A stretch of 64,000 nt of DNA from Hypanus sabinus. Its lineage: Eukaryota. The stretch lies in the NCBI RefSeq assembly GCF_030144855.1, contig NC_082715.1:106268001-106332000 (forward strand), written 5' to 3'. How positions within the stretch are numbered: position 1 is the first letter of the stretch; each line of letters starts with the position of its first letter. The notes beneath the pieces were generated by a model. It was not told the origin of the DNA, made no database searches, and saw only the letters and a list, made by a program, of their open reading frames with translations. Made by a program: the position numbers and the translations under genes. Positions 50,301 through 62,300 of this stretch are shown piece after piece.

Positions 50301-53300
50301 GAGTGTGTGATGGGACAGTGCAGAGGGAGATTCATCCTGTGTCTGACCCTGGGAGTGTGTGATGGGACAGTGCAGAGGGAGCTTCACTCAGTGTTTGACC
50401 CTGGGAGTGTTGAATCGATGACGTACAGCAGTCCACGGCCTGGTGGTTGGGGACCACTGATGTAGAGAGAATTTCATTCTCTGTCTTACTGTGGGAGTGT
50501 GTGATGGGATCGTTTAAAAGGGAGCTCCCCAGGACCCCAGGAGTATGGGACAGGATGTTAAACTCGTCATGATGAAGGGTCTCAGCTCAAAACATCAACT
50601 GTTTAATTATTTTCATAGATGCTGAGTTCTGCAGCATTTTGTGTGTTTTGCTCTGGATTTCCAGCATCTGCAGACTCTCTTGTATTTATGTTAAATTAGG
50701 GCAGGATTGGCACAGTAAACAGTCTGGCCCTGGGAAGTGTTATAGAACAGAGAGCCCTTGTGGTACAGGTATACATTTCCCTGAAAGGGATAATATGGAG
50801 AAACACAGTTTATTGTCAAATGCACAAGTATGTGTCTGCACACTTGTAGTAAAAATAAACCTGCTTGCAGTAGCATCATAGGTACAGAGAATCAGGTAAG
50901 CTGTATTCACAAGAAAACAAATTCTGTGTCGATCATACATAATTATACAACGAAATCAATTATAACAAAGAAATAGAAAGCGCATGTTTGTCCAGGATGG
51001 TCATCGTGTTGTTATCCAGAGGGAATGATTTGGTTGAAGGGAAGTAGCTGTGCTTGAACTTGGTGGTGGGGGACTTCAGGTTTCATACGTCCTGCCCAGT
51101 GGTAGCTGCAAGAAGATAGCGTGGCCCAGGTGGCGGGATCTTTGATAATAGATGGTGCCTTCTGTGGACATTACTGATGGTGGTGAGGGGTGTGCCCAAA
51201 ATGTATTAGGCTGAGTCCACATCTCTCAGCAGCTATTTGCATTCAAATCGCCAAACCAGACCATGGAGCAATGAGTCAGGACACTTTCAGCAGTACATCT
51301 GCAGGGGTTTGTTCGGTGTCGAGCTGAAGCTGCTTAAACAAAGGGAGCAAAGACACTGTCGTGAATTGTAATTGCATCTATGTGCTGGGCCTGGGGCTGA
51401 TCATCTGATATATCAATGTCAATTTAAAGCTGCTGACTCTCTCCACTGCCAAACACCCAGTGTTGAGCAGTGAGAGTTTAAACTCCTCCCCCTTCCTGAA
51501 GTCAACAATCGGCTCCTCTGCGAGTGTGTATAATCCAGGCCACTCAGTGATAGGAAGGGTGTTGTTAAGATGGAAACAATTCAGAAGAGATTCACAAAAA
51601 TGTTACTAAATTATTTGAGTTACAAGGAGACGCTTGGTAGGGAAAGACTGCTTTCCCTGGAGTGTAAGGGGATGAGCTGTGACCATGTAGGGGTTTGTAA
51701 AATCAAAGAGGGGCGTAGGTAAAGTGAATTGTTTCCCCCACACCAGGGTAGAGGAATCTAAAGCTACAAATAATTTCCCCCCTCTCCCCCCTCCCCTTCC
51801 TGGACCTCCCTGACTAATTTCCCCTTCTGCAGTCTGGGTGTGCCTATGACTCACTGCTGGTATTCTCAGAGCTGCTGTGCTGTGTCCAACCACAAAGGCT
51901 TCAAGCAGAGGAGGCGAGATACTTGTTAATCAAACATAGTACTGGATGACCAGTAGCTCTGGCCGCAGACAGATCCCAGTCCTGGGGTATGGGAGGGGGC
52001 AGGAATCACAGAAACCCCGGTAAAAACACTGGAGATTCTCCTCAACTACAGCATAGGTTGGGATGCTGAATCGGGTTTCAGAGGCAAGGGAGAATGTAAA
52101 GACACAGACAGGAAATAGTGTTTGCTGTGGAAGGGGTTACAAATGTTGTATACCCTGCACTGCACCCTACCTAAGTTAGCAAATTGATTAATTTCATTAA
52201 GAGGTGTCCAGCACGGTAGGGTAGAGGTTACCGCAATCGTTTTACAGTGCCACATTCACTGATCAGGGTTCAATTCCCACCACTGTCTAAGGAGTTTGTG
52301 TGTTCTCCCGGTGTCTGTGTAGGTTTCTTACAGGTGCCTCAGTTTCCACATACGTTCTAGAGACGTACAGTTAGAGTTAGTAAGTTGTGGGCATGCTATG
52401 TTGGCGCCGGGCATGTGGCCATGCTTGTGGGCTGCACCAGCACATCATCTGCGTATTGGTCAAGATGCAAAATGATGCATTTCACTGTATTTTTCAATAT
52501 ACATGTGACAAATAAAGGTAATTGTTAATTTTAATTAGTTTATTATTGTCACACTCACTAAGGTGCAGTGGAAGTTCCCTTTTAACACTGATCAATTTAT
52601 TATAACAGTGCTGTGAGATCAGTCAATAACAGTTCAAGTTCAAGTTTAATTATCATTCAGCCATGAATGAATACCCATGAATGCAGCCAAATGAAACAGC
52701 CTTCCTCTGGTGGAAAGGTACAAATCACAGTAACACAGCACAAGGCACATATAGCACATACAGTATAAGATACAGTAAACATACTGTCACACAAAAAATA
52801 TATGATGGAGCCCAAGTCCCTGAGTCCATAGACGCCATTAGCAAGATCAAACCTGCAGCAGTCCACAATCCAGTTTGTCTCCCCCCGAGTGAATACTGGA
52901 GGTGCGGGTGGGGTGGTGTCAGCCCTCAATCAAGCATAGGCACCATTCCACACTGCTTCTGGCATCATCTTTCTGGGGCAGCTCCAACAGGCCACACAGC
53001 GGCGTATGGCCTAGTCCGCACTGCAACCAAGGCCATGCAGGTCCGCCCGTCCTCATCTCACCAATTAACCCAGTAAACCAAACCTGCAGTGTTCTACATT
53101 ACCGAGGTCTCACAATCAGAAGGTGAACGTCCAAGACAGTCACTGGCTAATAGACTGCACACCACCTTTGTGCACTGACTCTTGACACCTTTCTGTAGCA
53201 GGCATCAACACAGTCCACACCAAGTTCAGCTCCTCTGCTAACAAGTAACTCACTGATGGAGTAGACCTGCAGTTCTTGAATTTCTGTATGTTCAGCGATC

Positions 53301-56300
53301 GTTAAAAAAGGCTTTTAACACTGGACAATAACACCTTTAGTTGGCCCCGTTGAAGTCGCTGTGTCTGTGCACACTGCCATCTTACTGGAACTGCAGAATA
53401 AAGTGTTAGAGTTACACAGAAAGTGCTGATAAACAGTACACTGACATAATGAGGTAGATTGTGAAGTTAAGTGTCCATTATATTGTACTAGGGAACTGTT
53501 CAGTAGTCTTATAACTGTGGGTTAGAAGCTGTCCTTCAGTGCGGTGGGACGTGCTTTCTGGCTTTGTATCTTCTGTCTGATGGGAGAGGGAAGAAGAGCA
53601 CACAATGTCTGAGCTGACCATAATGCAAATTAAACTAATCCCATCTGCCTGTACAGGATAAATCTCTCTCCATTCCCTGCCTGTCTAAAATACCTTTTAA
53701 ACGGTGCTATCATATCTACTCCCAACACTTTCCCTGGCAGCACATTTTAGGCACCTTCTGTTCTCTGTGCTTTAAAAAAGAACTTCCCTTATAATTCTCT
53801 TTTATATTTTCCCCATCTCACCTTAAAGCTATATCCTCCAGTATTTGACATTTCCATCCTGGGAACAAAACTGTGACTCTCCTTCCTAATTTTATATAAT
53901 TCTATCAGATCTCCCCCCAGCCTCTAACGCTCCAGAGAAAATAGTTCAAGTTCGTGTTTATCCATTCTCTACAATTAATGGCAGCATCCTGGTGAATAAT
54001 TTCAGCACCCTCCCCAGAGCCTTCACATCCTTCCTGTGATGTGCTGACCAGAACTACCTACAATACTCCAAGAGTAGCCTAACCAGTCTTATTCTACTTC
54101 AAAGTGACCTCCTGACCCCAAACAATAAAGGCAAGCGCGTCATGTGCTGCCTTTACCACTCTTTCGAAGTGCGCGGTGGCTCTTGACACTATGGACTTGA
54201 ACCTCAAGGTTACTCTGTACATCAATGCTGTTAAGTCTCCTTTCATTAACTACAATCGGCCCTGCTTATCCGCAAATTCTGCATGCGCGAATTCAACCAA
54301 CCGCGGAAACCCGGATGTGCTCTTCCAGCNNNNNNNNNNNNNNNNNNNNNNNNNNNNNNNNNNNNNNNNNNNNNNNNNNNNNNNNNNNNNNNNNNNNNNN
54401 NNNNNNNNNNNNNNNNNNNNNNNNNNNNNNNNNNNNNNNNNNNNNNNNNNNNNNNNNNNNNNNNNNNNNNNNNNNNNNNNNNNNNNNNNATCGGGATCAA
54501 AAAGAAATCGGAAGTTCTCTTACTCAGTAAGTCAGAACAGGTCCATCCGGTATTATTTAGCACCAGTTAGTCAAACGTTTGTCTTAGTATATATTTCACC
54601 TTTCTATGCATATAAAACACTTAAGAACGTATGTTTCAGCGCCGGGCTCGGGAACTTCTTCCCGAGTTCGATCCAGTGACAGACTGCTATCGAGTGCGCT
54701 CTGCACTGTGGCGGGTTGATGTGAGGATCAAAACCTCAAAACCCAATAATTAAACCACTGCGTTGCTTAGTAATAATTGTAGCTTTCATTGGGGCAGAAC
54801 CTTTCTCACTTTATCCATTAAAATTGTTCCTAATGTTGACCGACTGTAGCCCAACGCTTTTCCAATGACTGATGGCATTTCACCTCTTTCCCGTCGGTTT
54901 ATTATTTCCACTTTATTTTCCATCGCGATCGTGATTATTTTCATGAACAGAAACACTGCGGATTCAGATCACTGCTGGGTCCTAATGTCTACCGCACTGA
55001 GACAGGTTAAATAAGATCTGGGGTTCCGCCGGGTCCTAAGATCCACCGCATTCAGACAGGTTGAATAAGGGACTTGAGCATCCGCGAATTTTGGTTTCCG
55101 CGGGGGTCCCAGAACCAATCCCTCGCGGATAAGGAGGACCAACTGTATACTTTGCCTATAGATTTGACCTTCCAACGTGCAACACCTCACATTTGCTCTT
55201 ATTAAATTTCTTCAGCCACTAAATGATCTGTATGCTGTTGTATCTATGACAACTTAGCTCATTATGCACAACTCGCTAAATTCTGGGCCATCTGCAAGCT
55301 TACATTCTGATCCAGTATTCTTATACAGTACACCTCAAACTCCCAAGTCCATACACAAACAGGGACGTTCACATTTACTACAAACCCCCTGACTCCTCCA
55401 GCTATCTGAACAAACCTAGAGATGAACCCGAGGTAATTTCTAAGGTAAGGACATTTTCGGTGCAGCTTTGTGGGCCGAAGGGCCTGTATTGTGCTTTGGG
55501 TTTTCTGTGTTTCTGTTTCTATGAATTCATCATCTCCTTGTCTCCCTCATTGTGATCCTGTAGTTAAAGAGCGTTTATTTAATGGCAGGAGTATTAGAGG
55601 TAAGGGTGATGAGTTCAGAGTGTGGATCAGTACATGGAAATATGATGTTGTGCCTATTACAGAGTCTTGGTTAAGAGAGAGACAGGACTGGCTGCTTGAT
55701 ATTTTGATATTTTAGAAAAGTTAGGGGTAAAGTAAAGCACTTGACAAGATCCTCACAGTAGCCTCAAAACACATCATCAAGGTACTATACCATATACAAC
55801 CTTGATATATAGGCAGCCACAAAACAAAAAAACACAATAGAATTCACAAAAAAACCTACACCACCAAGACAGTCAAACATCCAGTGTGCAAAAAAGGAGG
55901 AACAAATCGTTCAAACAAACAATCCACAGAATATAAACTGCAGAATTCCCAAAAGTAAGTCCATAGGCATGGAGCCAGGTTCAGTGGTGCAGCTGGTCCG
56001 GGAGCCTGAAGGCTGCAGGCCACAGCTTTGGATCCAGTTTCAGTGCTGAAGCCAGTGCCGATGGCTACAGCTGAAGAATCAATTCAGCACTGAAGGGCGT
56101 AAAGCCTCACTGAGTAGTGAGCCGAACACAGGTTCATCCTTCAAAGTCCTGAAAAAATATATTAAAATTGTTTGTAGTTTTGTTGTCTCACCAGTGCCAT
56201 CCAGAAGATTTAAGGTGCATGGGGTCCATGGTGATTTGGCCTTTTGGACTGAGATTTGGCTTGGCCACAGAAGATAGAGGATGGTAACTGGGACTTATCG

Positions 56301-59300
56301 TGGTTGGAGGTTTGTGCCTCGTGGTGTTCTGCAGGGATTTCTACTGGTACTTCTGCTTTTATATAAATGACCTGGACGAAAATGCGGGTGGTGGATCCAT
56401 AAATCTGCAGATGATGCAAAGTTTGATGGTGTTGAAGACTACCAAAGGACACAGGGAGAGGAGGGAGGACACAGAGATGGACAGAGAAATGGTGGATGAA
56501 GTTTAATCTGGCCAAGTGTGAGATGTTGCACTTTGGGAGCTGAAATGTAAAGGAAAATACACTGTTAAAAAGCAAGTACCCTAACAGGTGGATATTAAGA
56601 TGCAAGTCCATAGGTCTCTGAAAATGGTTATTCAGATTGATGGGGTGGTAAAGATGACATAAGCCAGATTTGCCTTTATTAGACGAGGAACTGAATTCAA
56701 GAGTCAGGAAGTTATGTTTCAGCAACTCTAGTTAAGCCACATCTGGACTATCACATTCAGTTCTGGTCATCTCACTATAGGAAGGATATTGAGCCTTTGG
56801 AGAGAATGCAGGATGCTTCCAGGCTTAGAGATCATGAGAGGTCAGAAAGATTTGAGTTTTCTTAGAGCAGCTGAGAATGAGGAGAGACCCGATGGAAGTT
56901 CATAAAATTATGACAGGCACAGAGAGAGTTGGCAGTTGGTATTGCTTTGCCAGTACAGAAATGACTAATACTAGAGACTGCACACTGAAGGTGAGAGAGG
57001 CATAGGTTCAAAGCATATGTGGGGGCAAGTTTTTCTTTTACACAGAATGCTAAGGGTGGTAGTGGAGGCAGATACGATGGAGGCATTTAGGAGGCTCTTA
57101 GATAGGCACACAACTGTGCAGAGAATGGAAAGATGTGGACATTATGTGGGCAAAGAATTTGTTTAGTTAGGCTTGTAATTAGTTTAATGAACCTGGCAGA
57201 ACATCATGGGCCACAGTTCTTTGTGGTTTATTGTATTTCACTTCCTTCAGAACTGCAACTCTCTCCTGTATTTTTGGCTTTCAGTACCTCTGTCTGCATG
57301 GATAGCTTGCAACAGTCTTTTACTGTATTGGGGTACATATGTCATTAAAAAACCTAGAAATGTAAAAAAAATACAGGCCCAAGCTGTGCCGAACATGTCC
57401 TTACCTTAGAACTACCTAGGCGTACATATAGCCCTCTATTTTTCTAAGCTCCATGTGTCCATCCAGGAGTCTCTTAAAAGACCTTGCCGTTTCCACCTCC
57501 ACCAGCGTCACCGTCAGCCCATTCCACACACCCACCACACTCTGCGTTTTTTTAAAAAAAACTTACCCCTTGCATCTCCTCTGTACCTACTTCTAAGCAT
57601 CTTAAAACTATGCCCTCTCATGCTAGCCATTTCAGCCCTGAGGAAAAAGCCTCTGACTTTCCACACGATCAATGCCTCTCATTATCTTGTACACCTCTAT
57701 CAGGTCACCCCTCATCCTCCGTCATTACAAGGAGAAAAGGCAGAGTTCACTCAACCTATTCTCATAAGGCATGCTCCCAAAGCCAGGCAACATCCCTGTA
57801 AATCTCCTCTGTACCCTTACTATGGTTTCCACATCCTTTCTATAGTGAGGTGACCAGAATTTGGCACAGTACTCCAAGTGGGTCTGACCAGGATCCTATA
57901 TAGCTGTAACACTACCTCTCTGCTCTTAGACTCAATCCCATGATTGATGAAGGCCAGTGCACCGTACGCCTTAACCGCAGAGTCAACCTGCACAGCAGCT
58001 TTGAGTGTCCTATGGATTCTGACCCCAAGATCCCTCTGATCCTCCACACTGCCAAGAGTCTTACCATTAATACCATATTCTGCCGTCATATTTGACCTAC
58101 CAAAATGAACCACATCACACTTATCTGGGTTGACTCCATCTGCCACTTCTCAGCCCAGTTTTGCATTCTATCGATGTCCCACTGTAACCTCTGACAGCCC
58201 TCCACACTGTCCACAACACCCCCAACCTTTGTGTCATCAGCAGATATACTAACCCATCCCTCCACTTCCTCATCCAGGTCATTTATAAATATCACAAAGA
58301 CTAGGAGTCCCAGAACAGATCCCTGAGGCACATCACTGGTCACTGGCCTCCATGCAGAATATGGACCATCCACAACCACTCTTTGCCTTCTGTGGGCAAG
58401 CCAGTTCTAGATCCACAAAGCAATGTCCCCTTGGATCCCGTGCCTCCTTACTTTCTCAATAAGCTTTGCATGGGGTACCTTATCAAATACCTTACTAAAA
58501 TCCATGTACACTACATCTACGGCTCTACCTTCACCAATTTGTTTAGTCACATCCTCAAAAAATTCAATCAGTCTTGTAAGGCACGACCTGCCTTTCACAA
58601 AGCCATGCTGACTATTCCTAATCGTGCCTCTCCAAATGTTCATAAGTCCTGCCTGTCAGAATCTTCTCCATCAACTTACCAACCACTGAGGTAAGACTCA
58701 CTGGTCTATAATTCCCTGGGCTATCTCTATTCCCTTTCTTGAACAAGGGAATAACATGTGCAACCCTTCAATCATCTGGAACCTCTCCTGTCCTCATTAA
58801 TGATGCAAAGATCATTGCCGGAGGCTCTGCAATCTCCTCCCTCACCTCCCACAGTTGCCTGGGGTACATCTCATCCGCTCCCAGTGACTTAACCAACTTG
58901 ATGCTTTCCAAAAGCTCCAGCACAATCTCTTCCTTAATATATATGTGCTCAAGCTTTTCAGTCCACTGCAAATCAACCCTACAATCGCCAAGATCCTTCT
59001 CTGCAGTGAATACTGAAGCAAAGTATTCATTAAGTACCTCTGCCATCTCCTCCAGTTCCATACACACTTTTTCACTGGCACACTTTATTGTCCTATTCTC
59101 TCACGTCTTGTCCTCTTGCTCTATACGTACTTGTAGAATGCCTTGGGGTTTTCCTTAATTCTGTCTGCCAAGACCTTCTCATGGCCCCTTCTGGCTCTCC
59201 TAATTTCATTCTTAAGCTGCTTCCTGCTAGCCTTATAATCTTCTAGATCGCTATCATTACCTAGTTTTTTGAACCTTTCATAAGCTCTTCTTCTTGACTA

Positions 59301-62300
59301 GATTTACGATTTGTATACCATGGTTCCTGTACCCTACCATCCTTTCCCTGTCTCATTGGAACGTACCTACACAGAACCCCACGCAAATATCCCCTGAACA
59401 TTTGCCACATTTCTTCCATACGTTTCACATCTGTTTCCGGTTTCCACATTCCTGCCTGATAGCCTCATATTTCCCCTTACTCCAATTTAAACATTTCCCT
59501 AACTTGTCTGTTCCTATCCCTGTCCAATACTATGCTAAAGGAGATAGAATTGTGATCACCAATCCAATCCAGTTCCCCAGATGACACTTCCTCCCTCTCT
59601 GTCTCTGTAAGGATGCCATTATTTTCTCTGGTAAGATGGTGGCACGCTTGGTCGCAACAGCTTCCATTGTTTTTTTTAAAAGTTTTTTTTTAATACTCCT
59701 GCTGGATATTAAGAATGTAAAGTACTGCAGGTCTACCCCATCAGCGAATTGCTCGTTGACAGAGGAACTGAAGCAGCTGAACTCAGTGCTGCTGCCTACT
59801 TTTGTCCAAGAGTTGGTGCACGAAAGCGGTGTGCAGTGTTCGCCTCAATCGCTTTTCTTGTGATCGCAAGACCATGTTGTACATTGTTAATGTGGAATGC
59901 TGAAGTCTGATTCGCTGATTCATTGGCGGATGGTGGGGGAGCTGCATGGCCTCGGGAAAGGCCTTTAGCCGCGATGTTGACTGTTTGCAGTCACCCAAGA
60001 GAAAGGCGTTGGAGCTGGTGAGCTCCACCGGGGTGCCGGGGGGAGTGTAGCACAGTGGCTAAGCTGGAGTCGGTGCGGCACTCTCCTCCCCACTCACCAA
60101 GTATTCACTCGGCAGAAGACAAACCATATTGTGTTCGACTGTAGACTGCTGCAGCCTTCGTGGACTCAGGGTTTTGGACTATACTTCCTTTGTGTGACTA
60201 TTTTACTGATGTGCTATGTGTGCTTTGTGCTGTGTATGACTATAGGTATTGTGTTTGGCACATTGGTCCTGGAGTAACGCTGTTTCATTTGGTTGTACTT
60301 ATTGGTGGTCATGTATGGTTGAATGACAATCAAACTTGAACTCTCAGTTTCTCCACCTCAGTTACATCAGCTCTCCAGATGTTGTCTTCACTCCCAGACA
60401 TCTGAGATATCTTCCTTTTTCAGGTCATGGGGCTTCCCTGTCCAGATTGTGACTGAGCAGGGCCCACTGCTGCATCTCCATTTCCCAAGCTTCTGGCTTC
60501 AGCCCACCTCTCCCATACCGAACAGAGATGAAGTCCCAGTCCTCGCCTACTAGCCTACCAACCTCTGCATCCAGCACACCATTCTAAGTCATTTCTGCCA
60601 ACTACAATGAGATCCTACCACCAACTTCACCTTCTCCCCACCCATTTCCACTTTCCACTGGGATCGCTCTCTCCGTAACTCCTTGGTCAATTGATTCCAC
60701 CCCCCCCCCCCCCCCGTAGCATTTTTCCTGTAACTGCAGGTGGTATAACACCCGTCCCTAATTTCTTATTTCAGTCTTGTCTTTGCTTGCAACGTGGTCT
60801 CCTTGATGTCAGTAAGATGGGGCAAGCTAAGCAGCACTTCACCGAGCACTTGAGCTCTGTCTACCTTAACTGTCTGGATCTCCCAGGTGCCAACCATTTT
60901 AATTCCTCCTTCCATTCCCATATTGACATGCCTCTTCCCAGTCTCTCCCCCTACCAGGGAGAGACTAAGCACAAACTAGAGGGACAGCACCTCGTATTCC
61001 TTCTGGGAACTCTACAACCCAATGGTGTGAACATTGAATTATTCAATTTCAGGTAACTTGCTCCCCCTTTCTCCCACTGATCTACCTAGATTCATTCATT
61101 CATTCTTGCTGTCACTCACACACACCCTTCTTCCAAAACACCTCTGGTCCCCATCATCATGTTTCAGTCTCCTCCCCCCACAGTTCCCATCTGCCCTCCC
61201 TACCTTCTTTATTTGTTTCCATGTTTCAACTTCCTCTCCTATGGGATTCCATCATCTACAACCCTTTATCCCTTGCCAGCCTCCATTGCTGTTTCTACTC
61301 TCCCTTCCCCCATCTTCCTATCACCCTTCCTCACTTGATCCACCAATTGTTTGCCAGCTCTTGCCCCACTCCTTCCCCTCACCTCTTTATACCGGCTATC
61401 TCCCCTCTATCACTCAGTCCAGATGAATGGCCTCAACCCAAAGCATCAACTGCCCGCTTCCCTCCGCAGATGCTGTCTGACCTGCCGACTCCTCCAGGTT
61501 CCAGCCTCTTGTGTCTTCCACGTGTCCAATGTCCTTGCTCTGTAACAGCTGCTCCCAAACTACACTCCCCAGTTCCTGCCTTACTCTGTTAATCAGCATT
61601 CCATAATTTAGCCTTTCTCTCATGTCCATTCTTATCCCAACGAATAACTCTTTGAAAATTTATGGAGTTATGATCACTGTTCCCAAAATGTTCTCTCAAT
61701 GAAACTCTAATCACCTGACTAGGTTCCTTTGCCGAGGGAGGGAGGGGTGTAGGGGCCAAGGGTGTTTTGGAGACAGGGAGAGATGTAGTAGGGACTGGGG
61801 GGGGGGGGGGATTATAGATACTGGAAGGAATGTAGGGACTGGAAAAGAGATGGGAAGTGGGGTAGCTGGAGGGGACAGTGGATATAGGGATGGGTGTAGG
61901 GGAAGGGGGTTTGAAAGACGGGAAAGGTTATAGAGAGAGGGAATTACAGAGATGGGGAGGGGTATGGAGGCTGGAGAGAGTTACAAAGGGAATGGGTGTG
62001 AGGGTCAGAGGGGGTGATGGATGAGGATGGGTGTTGGCATCAGAGAGGGTGACAGATGAGGGTTGTAGGGGTCAGAGGGCTTTACAGAGACATGGTTTGT
62101 GGGGGACGGATAGTATTACAGGGGTGGGCTGGAGAGGGTTACTGAGATAGGTAACTCTCTCCAGCCCATCAATAGGAAACCTATTGACTTGTCAGAGCCT
62201 CTCTGTCTCTCCAGGGGACTGCTGGCTGCTCGCTGCCATCGCCTCACTGACTCTGAATGAAAACTTACTGCACCGTGTGGTCCCTCATGGGCAGAGCTTC

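Noticed and set aside
49728-50410. Regular repeat array resembling CRISPR
   Set aside because: Head-to-tail 52-bp units without unique spacers, no cas genes, vertebrate intron
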